Shown in pieces: positions 47,918-60,129 of a stretch of 64,000 bases of DNA. The stretch is from the NCBI GenBank assembly GCA_043228905.1, contig JBHGNT010000014.1:4092001-4156000 (forward strand), written 5' to 3'. The stretch comes from Azolla caroliniana. Lineage: Eukaryota > Plantae > Polypodiophyta. A program made the position numbers and the translations under genes. Below the pieces are notes generated by a model that was given only the letters and a program-made list of their open reading frames with translations, searched no databases and was not told where the DNA came from. How positions within the stretch are numbered: the stretch's first letter is position 1; every line of letters begins with the position of its first letter.

Positions 47918-48398
47918 TTGGAGACACCATTTGGTTTTAGATAAAAATAATGCTTTGATTGGTACCTTTGAAAATGAGGAGGAAGAATCACATTCATATA
48001 TTAGCTATATAGTAGTTATTCTCATGAAAGGAGTGATCACGGGATGTAAATAACTCCTCAATATATATTTTGCACCACGATATGTAGTAGATTTTGACAA
48101 AAAGTTGATTGTTTTGAAATCTTTCGCTTCTAATTGCTTTAAGATCTACCAACTTATTAGTTGTCATTTTTCCTTAAAATTACACAAAGTTACTTTTTGT
48201 ATTTGGCCAAATTTTGGCATTTTTCAAGTTTACCAAATGGTGAAATTTTTCACCTTTTTTATCAAGTTTTCGAGAACATAGGATACTAGTGTCAAGGTGT
48301 TTTGTGAAATGGCCAAAAAAGCCCCAAAATCAGACAGAATATTCCTTATCTTTCCACTTGTGCGCGATCCTTCCACTTGTGAACGCGAACGTGTTATT
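47918..48398 (+). mobile_element. Second copy of the unclassified repeat end seen at 19349-19850
   Basis: Collinear similarity including AATGCTTTGATTGGTAC and the terminal CCTTCCACTTGTGAACGCGAAC. Confidence 0.7.
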
Positions 48399-48399
48399 A

Positions 48400-49942
48400 A
48401 GGATTAGGAGGTGCGCTATGTAGAAGAATCAAGGCTAGAATACGTAAGAAACATCATAAATTTCAAGTTGGAAATTGTGATTTAATTATGTTACAGGAAC
48501 ACCATTTAGATGCAAGTAAAATATTGTAACAGTCTTATGGTAATATGTTTAGTGGTGATTGTCCATAGGTAATATTGGATTATGGCATGTGGTCAATCAG
48601 AAAATAAATGTGGTGTATGAATGATTCTTAGTGATAAATGGATGCCACTTCTTATTCATTCCCATCAAGTGATGTCAAGAAGGGCTCATTATTTACTCCT
48701 TAAATTTGGTGATGTTGTATATGGTTTTTTGAATATTTATGCCCCAAATGATAGGGGTGCTCGTAAGGGTTTCTAGACTCAAATTGTCCAACAATTGCCA
48801 CATGTTGATCATTGGTGCATGGGCGGTGATTTTAATATGATTGAAGCCTCAAGGGATAGAGTGGGTGGTTCTAATGTTGTTCTTGTAGGCTCTGAATTGG
48901 CGTCTTTGAAGAGGTTATGCTTCTAGTTGAGGATACAAGATTCTTGACACCTCCCCTCATTTCACAGACTTAATGGTTCATTATAGTTTTCTAGGTCGGA
49001 TAGATGCAAAATTAGGAGTTAACCTATCTCGGCTAGATACGGTATATATAAATGATTATTTTAATGATACTGGAGGAGAAGTTGGTATTATTGGGGGTTC
49101 TCTATTCTCCAACTATGCTCCTGTGGTTTTTAAGTTGGTCGGGATTAAAAAACATAGAAGGTTTTTGACTAAAATTCCATTATCCTTCTTTTCGGATGAT
49201 ATTTTTAGAAGTCAAGTTTTGGGTATATGGAACTATGAGATGGGGGCTCAACTATCTACCATTTCTAAGGTGCAAAAGGTTTTGCATTTAATTTCGGAAT
49301 TTTTTAAGGGTAAAGCGTTGTTGCAATTATAAGGGGCCAAACAAAAGATGTTGACTTCTAGGCGGACGATTGTTTCTCTTCAAAAGTTATACGAGAAGAA
49401 CCACGGGCAATGTGGGTTTGAGCTGAATTGCATGGAACACATGTTGCAATGCAACAATTTGAGGATGTTATAGCTCAACACAAATTTCGTGCATCCTCAG
49501 CAAAAAGGGCACATCTTGTAGACAAGGTTAATGCTGATTTTTTTCGTTTAAATCAGATTGGCCGCACTACGAATGTGATGACGCAATTACAGAGGGAGGA
49601 TAGATAATTAACATCGGATGATGCTAAGATGAAGAAATTGCCTCGGACTTTTATAAATCTCTACTAACTAGGCAATCATTCACGCATGAGCAATTAGCTT
49701 TAAGGTCTACACTAAGGTGTGTGATGAAGATGAAAGTTAACCCTTCTATGGCTAAAGAATTAGTTAAACCTTTTAATGTTCATGAAGTGTATGTTGCAAT
49801 TGAGGCCTTAGGCAAGAATGTATGTTCTGGCATGGATGGTTTCCCTCCTGAATTTTTCTTGTGCTATTGGAATCACATTGAAAACAATGTAACCAAAGTG
49901 TTACAAGAGGTGTTTACTTTGGGTGACATGCCTTATCATTAA
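48400..49942 (+). mobile_element. Decayed L1-like LINE fragment (endonuclease to RT start)
   Basis: LLQEHH, LNIYAPN, GGDFNM, SRLD and GMDGFPPEFF motifs across broken frames. Confidence 0.8.
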
Positions 49943-51726
49943 CCTATTCTCCTGAGGACTATGACTAGAACCAACCCCTCGGATCCAATAGTAATCTTGC
50001 AACAAGTTCTTTTGCATACAACCACATCATATCACACATGTGAGCGATGGAAGGATAAGGATCAAGCAACCACTTTTTTCCAGTTTTAGCAACCACCCTG
50101 ACTGGTGCGCTCCGTACGTGTTGTAGATATTTGCAATCAAAGGCATAAGGCTACAATCTATTGTTGTCAAGAACCTCAAAATAAGTAATGCACCCATTAG
50201 GTGAGACACCCATGACAACCAACAATGTGTCATTTATGAAGCATCCAATACACACACATTCATAAACTATACATTCATAAACCTACACATACATAAAGTC
50301 AACCTACATCAAATTTTCCCTCGTGCATAGAGTGCGCCTACATGTGGACCTACGAACTCCACTTCACAACTATCATTCCCCACCCTACCCACCACCTATT
50401 GACAATGCCTTCAACATCTTCCACTCTCTCCCACATTTTCCTCCCTCCTTCCATCTTCTTCTTCACATGACCCTACAAAGAACTATAATTGTTGCCCATT
50501 GTGAAAGGGACCAACACTTAGTAAAATAATTGTAAACGCCATTTTTATGTCTTTCTAATTCTTCTTCTTGATCTTTCAATCTTCGCTTCCCCATGTGTGA
50601 CAAGACAATATATTAATTGTGATACATACATGCCAATTTGAAAGGATATATGCCGTAATTCTTTCAACACATAATGTGCAAATAAATGAAAGGCTTGCAA
50701 GGGTGTGTGTGCTAAGGCTAAAAGTGGGATAACATGTTTGTTAGCTAAAGGGATTGTGAAGAGAGCTTCAGCACCGCATGCATCTAAGAAAATCATGAAT
50801 GAAAAGGGAGGGGAATTTATGGTCGAAGTTAATAAAGTTTTTCCAAGTTTTAATTCATCGTCGTTATTGTAAATTGCTATGGTTAGTGGCCCCTTTCATT
50901 GTAATCAAGTTACACACACTATGATGAAGAATTCTCCCTCTCATTAATTTCTCTCAAATTAATCTTTAAGTCCTATCTAACAGTTGCATAATTTTTTTTC
51001 CGTTTACTAGGATCATTCTTTTTTATTTTTTCTATTATCTTTCCCGACCCAAAACCCCAACAAATCCGATCCATCACGCCATGCATGTATGCACAAATTT
51101 AAGCAAGAATGGGTAAAAGCAAAATCATAAATTAGAAGCAACAATGAGATTGACATAAGACCATTTGAAATTTATAATAGTAGAAAACCATAGCAAAAAG
51201 GACAAGTAAGAATGCCACACAAAAAAATAATGAAATCCTGAACTGCATTATTTCTCCTAAAATGAAACTCCTGCTCTTTTCGTTGACTAGGTATCTAAGA
51301 CAATCAAAACAATTTATGCGTGTGCACTTCGATTACGTAGAGTAGTATAAGACAATTGATGACAACAATACTAACATCACCTAAATCATATGGTCATCTT
51401 GCCCCGTTGCCTAGTATGTAGTAGCTTCGTCTTGCAAGTTTCACACATGGCAAGTGGTATACTGACCCTGCCTGCTTTCAAAACAACATAAAAATATCAT
51501 GAATATAATGTTGGGACTACCTTACTCCTAATTCACGTTATATCGAGTATATCGCATTTGAGTACGAGAAGAGAGTAAGTCCGAGAAAACAAAACATGTG
51601 ATACATGTGAGAAAATGTGGTTAGTATTTGTGGAGACCAACCCTCCTTCCCCAAAACAAAACACCACCACCACCACCACCACCACCACATTTTTATTGCT
51701 GGTCTTCAAAAAGCAAAAATAAACTG

Positions 51727-51747
51727 TATGATGTATGTGTGTATGTA

Positions 51748-51820
<73 letters not shown>

Positions 51821-51850
51821 GTATGTGTATGTATGTATGTATGTATGAGT
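51727..51850. repeat. (GTGTAT)n/(GTAT)n microsatellite
   Basis: Directly visible. Confidence 0.95.
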
Positions 51851-52259
51851 GTATTTATGTATCAGCCTCTCTCTTTCTTTGACTCTGTCTCTCTCCATTG
51901 AACCACAAAAATATGTAGTATATATATATGTATGTGTAGTATGTATATGTATATATATACATCTAATCTGTCTGTCTTTCCATCCAAGCTCTCCATTAAA
52001 GCTCTACATTACCTCCTTCTCCTTCTTCATCTTCACCTTCTTCTCCTTCTCCTTCTCCTTCTCCTTCTCCTTCTCCTTCTCCTTCTTGTTTACAGAGAGA
52101 CCCACCCACACAGTACTTCCTTCCATATCTCTAACCCCCTCTCAATAATACATCATCTCCAACTCCATCGATCCTTTCTTCCTCTTCACCTGTTTTCTCT
52201 GCATTACCAGCACTTTCCGCCATAGCCCCTTCTGTCTCTGTTTCTCTGTCTATCCTCCC

Positions 52260-52799
52260 ATGATGGACATCCTCCACGCTGCTGCTTCTTCTTCTTCCAT
52301 GATCGGTCGCGCCTCTGCATCCTCCGCCATCAAACCTAGCCACCATATCCTTGCCCTCGTCTCAGTTCTGGCCGTCTCTGGCAGCGTCGCCATCCTCTCT
52401 CTCACCAAAGACAGGCTATGGAGCTATGTCTTCCATGACGACCTCGCCTCACCGAGCCACGCAGATATGAACCCTCCGCAGAAGCCGAAGCAGAAGAAGA
52501 AGGTCAGATTCGCGCCCGATGTGGTGGACCCTTCTTCAGATGGCCAAGAATACAGGATCAGATGCGCGCAAATCGCTGCCATGAGGCTCAACGAAGAGCT
52601 CCATAGCACCACATCATCATCATCATCATCCATGGAAACTGTCAGAGATGATGATGATGATGATGATGATGATGGTGATGAAGATGAAGATGGCGTTGTT
52701 CCAAACCCTAAGCTTGAGAAGAGAAGAAGGTCTATTCCCTCCAACAGGATGGATCTGTACAGAGGTCAGCTAAGAAGCAGACGGCAAATGGGCTTCTGA
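52260..52799 (+). CDS. Uncharacterised plant small membrane-anchored protein, 179 aa (copy 1)
   Basis: Intronless ORF with a TA-rich upstream box and CT-rich leader; hydrophobic LALVSVLAVSGSVAIL, KKKVRFAPDVVDPSS...EYR and C-terminal P.NRMDLYRG.L.SR, the pattern of a widespread land-plant family. Confidence 0.88.
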   Translation: MMDILHAAASSSSMIGRASASSAIKPSHHILALVSVLAVSGSVAILSLTKDRLWSYVFHDDLASPSHADMNPPQKPKQKKKVRFAPDVVDPSSDGQEYRIRCAQIAAMRLNEELHSTTSSSSSSMETVRDDDDDDDDDGDEDEDGVVPNPKLEKRRRSIPSNRMDLYRGQLRSRRQMGF

Positions 52800-52802
52800 G
52801 AT

Positions 52803-52838
52803 CCCTAACCCTAACCCTAACTCTAACCCTAACCCTAG
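52803..52838. repeat. (AACCCT)n telomere-like tract after the copy 1 stop
   Basis: CCCTAACCCTAACCCTAACTCTAACCCTAACCCTAG. Confidence 0.9.
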
Positions 52839-53437
52839 TTGAATTGGTGTAAAAACACCCCTCTGGTTTCCCCGAGTTTCTTGGGGCCTGAGGGAGCTGA
52901 TGCATAGGAAATCAACCCTTGAAATTGCTTTAAAAATTAGATACAATCCCTCTCAGAATCCATCCGAGGAGCCATTCGATTGCTTAATTCGAGTGATTGC
53001 CCACAGGTATTGAGATCTTTGGTTCTTTTCCACCGATCTCTCCTTGGATGCCTCTTCATCGATTCTCTTTCCGGGGAAAAAAGGAATCGAATCGGAACCA
53101 ACCATATGAAATTCATAGGAATTCTCTCAAGCCCAGACAATCAGAGGCCATTTGATTTTTTTCTGTATTTCTGATCGGATCGGATGTGTGGTGGTTTGGT
53201 TCCACATTCCATATCGAATCTCCTCCTAGGATTGTCCAAGAAATCGGTCAAAGCATGGACATACAGTTCAAAGAATCACATATAATTCAAAGGATCAACT
53301 GCATTTCGAATACAATTCAAGCAAGAATCGTCGCATACAATTCAAAGAATCTCCTGCATTCCAATAGAATTCAAGAATCTATTGCATTCGAATTTTAGCC
53401 TCCACATAGATTTGAGGCGTGTACACCACCACTCTAC

Positions 53438-53753
53438 TAGGAGTTAGCATCAGCTCTGCGCAAGCCTGAACCGAGCCAGATAAACCGTTTTTAAATGGTT
53501 TAGCGGTTAGGTTGGGTTCAGGCTTGAGATTGGTTTTTGATGGCTCAAGCTGAACCCAACCGTTTTGGGCTAGACATGTTCCCAAAGCAGTTAAGCCTTA
53601 CCGGTTTAGGAGTCTGTCCGGTTCAAGTTCAAAAACCTCCAAACTGGTTAAGCTGAAACCGAGGTTAAGCCTTACCGGTTTAGGAGTCTGTCCAGTTCAA
53701 GTTTGAAAACTCCCAAACTGGTTAAGCCGAAACCGAACCATTGCCAATTCCTA
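53438..53753. mobile_element. Possible hAT-type MITE
   Basis: Imperfect TIR TAGGAGTTAGCA/TGCCAATTCCTA, many AACCG/CGGTT subterminal motifs and an internal duplication of about 74 bp. No TSD found. Confidence 0.5.
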
Positions 53754-54440
53754 CGATGGCATGGCCTCTAATAAAACTCTCGGAAGGCTCATGTGACCAC
53801 AAAATGCATATTTTGCATATAATATGACCATTGTGATGACTTAATAGACAATGATATTATCACATCCACTTTGCAACATAGATTGTACATTTCATTCTGT
53901 TAGTTGTTTGCTTTTTCATATGCTGGGGAGGTATATAGTGAAAGGTCATTGGGTTTTCTTTCTATAGCAATTTCACATGGTTCCATCACCTCCAAAATGA
54001 AGCAATAAATCCATGTCTATCTCTTATGTATGTAACATGAAAGATGCCACGGAAAACTACTCGCAATCCTAAGCTCTCATTTGCGTGAACCCAGAGGCAC
54101 GAGGGGGTTGTACAATCATGCATTTAGGAGTCATTGGCAAGCATGAAACAAATCGTTGGAGATGTGCTTTTGAGATCGATAGTGAATTACATCAAAGGTG
54201 ATTTCATTTTGTAATGTTGGCGTATTTTTGTTGTTTGTTTCTCACACTATAGAGGACATTTTTCCGGCCTCATTCTAGTAAAACTTGATCGTATACACGA
54301 CTTAAATTGTCAATGTTGCGTAGCTTCATTCTTGGATATGTCTCCTTTGCAAGTATTGAGCTTGAAATTGCTCTCCAATGCATGTTTACTCGTTTTGCTT
54401 ATTCATTGTTCTCCATATGTAGGTGCAAATACATTACACT

Positions 54441-54821
54441 TGCACCATTTTCAACATGTCATTCTTATTGCCACACGTTATTGCCGTTACTCAAATCGGC
54501 TTTCTCCATTCAGTGATTTGCTTTCTACTTAACTGTTATTGTGAGGTTTATGGAATCATTATTTGTGGAATAAGCAATTGGTTATTACAAAGTTGGTAAT
54601 GTTAGAACAACATGCACCATTTTCAACATGTCATTCTTATTGGCACACGTTATTGCCTTTACTCAAATCGGCTTTCTCCATTCAGTGATTTGCTTTCTAC
54701 TTAAGTGTTATTGTGAGGTTTATGGAATCATTTTCTAAACCTTGATGTTAAAGGTTTGCACACGTTCTTGTATTTGTGGAATAAGCAATTGGTTATTACA
54801 AAGTTGGTAATGTTAGAACAC
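54441..54821. repeat. Two-copy tandem duplication (about 172-bp unit, one indel)
   Basis: TGCACCATTTTCAACATGTC... repeats at 54441 and 54613. Confidence 0.9.
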
Positions 54822-54864
54822 CATACACCCTCTTGAGTGTGTAGGGAAAGATTATAGTTGCATA

Positions 54865-55354
54865 TCTCTCTTCAAGAGATGGATTTGTGATCATCAACAC
54901 AAGTTTTGGATCAAGTTTTTATTCTCTACTATAACCAATGGCTTGTTGTAGTGTTTCTACATTTGGTTATATAGGGTATCCAACCGTCTCTCTTCAAGAG
55001 ATGGATTTGTGATCATCAACACAAGTTTTGGATCAAGTTTTTATTCTCTACTATAACCAATGGCTTGTTGTAGTGTTTCTACATTTGGTTATATAGGGTA
55101 TCCAACCGTCTCTCTTCAAGAGATGGATTTGTGATCATCAACACAAGTTTTGGATCAAGTTTTTATTCTCTACTATAACCAATGGCTTGTTGTAATGTTT
55201 CTACATTTGGTTATATAGGGTATCCAACCGTCTCTCTTCAAGAGATGGATTTGTGATCATCAACACAAGTTTTGGATCAAGTTTTTATTTTGTACTAGAA
55301 CCAATGGCTTCTTGTAGTGCTTCTACATTTGGTTATATAGGGTATCCAACCGTC
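54865..55354. repeat. Tandem repeat, 4 x 122 bp
   Basis: Units start at 54865, 54987, 55109 and 55231; near-identical, with the last unit most diverged. Confidence 0.97.
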
Positions 55355-56161
55355 CTTGCCATTTATTTATAAGTACATACTTCCAACATGATAACATTAT
55401 CTATACTTTTCTCAAGTTAAGTTTTAATGATTGTTATGAGATAGTTTATTTGCTTACATTGTATAGGAACTTTGTTCTCAATAGATATCACCATTGATTT
55501 TGGAGCCTAGCTTGACTCATCACAATAATCATACTAAAGATTCAATAACGACTTCTGGCATCCAGTTATTTTTGGACAAACAGTGAGTATGATTATTAAC
55601 ACCAAATATTAAAATTCCAAGGGAAGATTCCCATTAAACAATTATTGATAGTTTCGACAACCTTTTGAGATACCCTTTGCCGATATCTAATCTAGGAAAT
55701 TCTTGGAATGATAACCACAAACATCGAATCCCCATTATGCTTCTTCATTGATACGTCATAATATAATAATTGGTGTCTTGACAAACGCATGTCTTTAGGC
55801 TCATCCAAGATTCATGTTGATGTGAGAACATACTCTTGTGAAAAAAAAAGATCCAATATCTTTTATGCTATGATTGGATATGTCTCATTGGATAGATAGT
55901 ATCTAAGGCTTCATCAATATGTTGGAGATATATTTTCCATAATATATGATAACACCATATCCTATTGGAATATAAAGGTTATCCATTTGGACATTTATCT
56001 TAGCTTAATTAAGAGCAAACTTTTGGTAATATCTTCCAATCCCCTAAACATGTCCCACTCTTCCTAATTACACGAAGATTGACACTCTACTACATTCAAG
56101 TGGATAGCATTCACGATGATACAATATTGGCTAAGGGTTTTCTTTTTGGAGAATTTTTAGA

Positions 56162-56443
56162 TTAGAATTTTTGTGTACGCCACGCATGGTTTGAGCAAAA
56201 CAAAAGCTTTTTGAAGTACTCTTGATGGAACTCAGCCATTGAATTATACCCTAGGACATTGACCATGAAGATAACCACAACCACAACCTTCTCTATGTGT
56301 GGTTTGCACACAATATTCACCAATTTCATGATTAAAATAGCTAGAGAATTAGCGAGGCCGAACGATGATATCCAAAATGGAGGCTGATTTCGCAAAGGCG
56401 TGGTGCGCATTGGAGTTGACCAAATACTTTGTACGTGAGACAC
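56162..56443 (-). pseudogene. Very old Ty3/gypsy RT remnant
   Basis: SSFGLANS...VNIVCKPHIEKVVVV..F..NVL.Y resembles the MPFGLTNAP...FRPYLDKFVVVFLDDILVY region. Confidence 0.55.
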
Positions 56444-57274
56444 AAACTATTTGTTGCTTAATGGGAACATAACTAACTCAGATAATTGCGACATATATAA
56501 ATCATATAATAAATTTTCATGATACCAAAATTGTGCATTTGCTCCTACCAATCGTGTTTCGGCTTCTTTGGGCTCTATCGCAATCGAGTAATACTAGATT
56601 TGTTATCAATTTTATTGTTCTAAAATGAAACTTAAGGAAACACTTAAGAGTAGATACATTGAGGCTTTCCATAGAAGTGCCAATGCCACGTTCATGATTC
56701 TCAATAATTAAAAGTTATGGGTACATTAACAAATGACATCTAAGAAAGCTCATGACCAGTTCTAGCATTGAATCACCATAGAGACAGTGACGAGAAGAAA
56801 CCAACCGTTAGCATAAGACAAAGATGTTATGATGCTTTCAACACATAGTGTGCATTGTGGCTAAATCAAACCAAATGTACATATATTGTGGAAGTGCATG
56901 TGCAACGGGTAGTATGGGCTAAAAGCTTGCTAAAGGGAGTGCGAAGCAATAACCACTTTCATGAACCTAATTAAAATCATGCATAAAAAATGGAGGGGGT
57001 TCAAGGAGGAAGGGGATTTGGGGGTCAAGTGTAATCAAGCTTTTCAAAGCTTCTATGCGACGTTATTATTGTAAACCTCTCTTATTGGTAGACTCTATTC
57101 ATTGTAAACAAGTTATCGGCACTATAATAAAAGATTATCTTTTTATTAATTTCTTGGGAATTAATCTTGAGTTCCTGTCAATCCATCGCGTGATTTTTCT
57201 TCCATTAACTACGATAATTCTTTTCTATTTCTCCATCATCACCCCAACTAAAAACCTCAAGATGCATGTATATC

Positions 57275-57755
57275 GCAATCGGCAACGGTTCGGTTTACTT
57301 GGAGAGTGTCAAACTCAAATCGTTTAAAACTGGACCATTTGAAAAAACTAAAACTTGGACCGAATTGAACTAAACCACGAAATCATTTAAACCAAACCAT
57401 TACAAAAACTCAAGCCCAAACCAAATGGTTTTAGATACTTTCAAACCTTTAAACTATTAAAACCACGGTTTCATGGTTCAGTTTTAGTTTCAAATTAGGT
57501 CAAAATTCAAATTTTCACATTTTTATTTTAAATTTTAAATTTTTTTCAATATTTCAATATTTTTAAGATTTTTCTTAAAATATCAGGCTTAAAATGTTCA
57601 AAAAAATATTTAAGAAATTATCAAATGCCAACCCTAAACCATCAAACCGTTTGATATAGTTTAAACCACGGTTTCAAACCGTTTAAACCGAAGCTGAACC
57701 GTTTTACAAAAATGTGAACATGAACCGTGGTTTCGCGTTCAGTTCGGTTCAAAAT
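57275..57755. mobile_element. Possible MITE or hAT-end remnant rich in AAACCG/CGGTT
   Basis: Clustered AAACCR/YGGTT motifs around an AT-rich core; termini not resolved. Confidence 0.4.
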
Positions 57756-58924
57756 CAATGAGCAATCAATAAAAACTTTTAAACGAGGGCAATTTGCCAC
57801 ATTAAAAATAAAGCAATCCTTTAAATTCTTTGCAAAAAGAAACTCTTACTCTTTGCTTTGACCACATATGAAGGACGACAATATGAGGGTGCTCTTTGAA
57901 TACCAAGGGTATTATTAGACAAATGACGGAAAAAAAATAGCAACATCACCTAAACCATCGGGTCAGTATATGGTCAATCATTCTATTGTAGGGCCAATTT
58001 AGCTTCTTCCCCAAGTTTCACAAATGGGAGGCTGGCCATATACATATTGACTTCTCCTTGCTTGCTTTCACATAACATACAGATGTCATGTTTTTGGACT
58101 ACCTTACTCCTTACTAAATTTCCCACATGGGGGGCGGTGATATAATAAACCTCTCTTTGGTGTCACATAACATACACGTGCCATGTTGGGACTACCTTAC
58201 GCCTCACTCACCTTATACAAGCACGCTCGTTGTCTTGGGATACTCCTCCTAAAAGGCATTCTATACACACTTTCTCCTCTTTTACTCGGTCTCGAGAGAT
58301 GCAGGACGGAAACCATAGACAAGGACAAAAACCATAGACATGGACATCACAAATATAAGCATCACCATGACGACGCGAAGCACACTCCGAGACAAAAGGA
58401 AAAGCAAATACCACGAAACATCACGAAGGAGGAGTACATAACCTTTTCTTTTCTTTTTTTCCTAGCTAACCCATTCGCCTCTTGGTGACTCACAAGGTTT
58501 TTTTCTTTTCTTTTTCTCCTTCTTCTTCTTTTGGGTTGGTTGGGTTTGTTGTCATGGGCGAAAACGAGGGGCTTCTGCTTTTTCTTTTTCTTTTTCTTTT
58601 CTTCTGTACCTCGATAGAACCAAGCAACTAGCCAAGGGGGGTTGTTGGCGAGACGTACAATAACTATAACTCTTTCTCCGCCCCCCCCAATTGTCAAATG
58701 GTGGCATTACGAGGAAATGGAGGGAAAACGTTTTTTTTCCAGTTGGGAAAGACATCTGGCCACTTGGCCCTCGTAACATGACGCAACGGAACGAGTCTTT
58801 CCGTTCTGTTTCTCATTCGCCAAGGAATACGAAAATAGGAATGAGAAGACTTGTTACCCAACAAAACACCACCCCATTCATTAAACACTCTATGTCTTGG
58901 TTCCTTTGGGCCCAAGTCTCCAAA

Positions 58925-59093
58925 CAAAGCAACCCTAAAAAGCAAAAACACATCTATGCCTCTCCTCCAAAAAAGCAACCCTAAAAAGCAAAACACATCT
59001 ATGTCTCTCTCCAAAAAAGCCTAAAAATCAAAACACACATCTCTCTCTCTCTCTCTCTCTCTCCAAAAAGCAACCCTAGAAAGCAAAACATCT
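58925..59093. repeat. Short tandem repeat AAAGCAACCCTAAAAAGCAAAACACATCT, 3-4 copies
   Basis: Directly visible upstream of gene copy 2. Confidence 0.8.
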
Positions 59094-59539
59094 ACTACTA
59101 CTACTACTACTACTAGTTACTTTCATATATGTATGTATGTGTAGTATTATGTATATATATATACATCTAGCCCCATCCCCATTTCATCTATCTAATCTGT
59201 CTGTCTTTCCATCCAAGCTCTCCATTAAAGCTCTACATTACCTCCTTCTCCTTCTCCTTCTCCTCTGTCTTCCCCTCCAAGCTCTCCATTAAAGCTCTAC
59301 CTTACCTCCTTCCTTCTCCATCTTCTTCTTCTTCTTCTTCTTCTTTTTCTTCTTCTTCTTCTTCTCCTCCTTGTTTGCAGACCCACAAACACTTCCATAT
59401 TTCTACCCCCTCTCCCTCTCCCTCTCCCTCTCCATCTCCATCGATCCTTTCTTCCTCTTCACCTCTTTTCTCTGCATTACCATTCTCTGCATTACCAGCA
59501 CTTCCCGCCATAGCCCCTTCTGTCTCTGTCTATCCTCCT

Positions 59540-60067
59540 ATGATGGACATCCTCCACGCTGCTGCTGCTTCTTCTTCCATGATCGGTCGCGCCTCTGCAT
59601 CCTCCGCCATCAAACCTAGCCACCATCTCCTTGCCCTCGTCTCCGTCCTGGCCGTCTCTGGCAGCGTCGCCATCCTCTCTCTCACCAAAGACAGGCTATG
59701 GAGCTATGTCTTCCATGACGACCTCGCCTCACCGAGCCACGCAGATATGAACCCTCCGCAGAAGCCGAAGCCGAAGCCGAAGCAGAAGAAGAAGAAGGTC
59801 AGATTCGCGCCCGATGTGGTGGACCCTTCTTCTGATGGCCAAGAATACAGGAACAGATGCGCGCAAATCGCTGCCATGAAGCTCAACGAAGAGCTCCATA
59901 GCTCCACATCATCATCCATGGAAACTGTCAGAGATGAGGATGGTGATGAAGATGAAGATGGCGTTGCTGCAAACCCTAAGCTTGAGAAGAGAAGAAGGTC
60001 TATTCCCTCCAACAGGATGGATCTGTACAGAGGTCAGCTAAGAAGCAGACGGCAAATAGGCTTCTGA
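59540..60067 (+). CDS. Paralog of 52260-52799, 175 aa (copy 2)
   Basis: Near-identical protein; all indels are in frame at microsatellites; the ATG is homologous to that of copy 1. Confidence 0.88.
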   Translation: MMDILHAAAASSSMIGRASASSAIKPSHHLLALVSVLAVSGSVAILSLTKDRLWSYVFHDDLASPSHADMNPPQKPKPKPKQKKKKVRFAPDVVDPSSDGQEYRNRCAQIAAMKLNEELHSSTSSSMETVRDEDGDEDEDGVAANPKLEKRRRSIPSNRMDLYRGQLRSRRQIGF

Positions 60068-60082
60068 GAACCCAACTCTGAT

Positions 60083-60129
60083 CCTAACCCTAACCCTAAC
60101 CCTAACCCTAACCCTTACCCTTACCCTAG
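60083..60129. repeat. (AACCCT)n/(TACCCT)n telomere-like tract after the copy 2 stop
   Basis: Directly visible. Confidence 0.9.

Noticed and set aside
51533-52225. His/Val/Leu-repeat ORFs
   Set aside because: Translations of microsatellites.
54865-55354. Possible CRISPR-like array
   Set aside because: Head-to-tail units with no unique spacers, no cas genes and a eukaryotic context.
59375-59539. 55-aa N-terminal extension of gene copy 2
   Set aside because: TTG start in a CT-rich leader; the homologous ATG is at 59540.
60083-60129. True chromosome end or fusion site
   Set aside because: Only a few units in one orientation, with ordinary sequence continuing on both sides.
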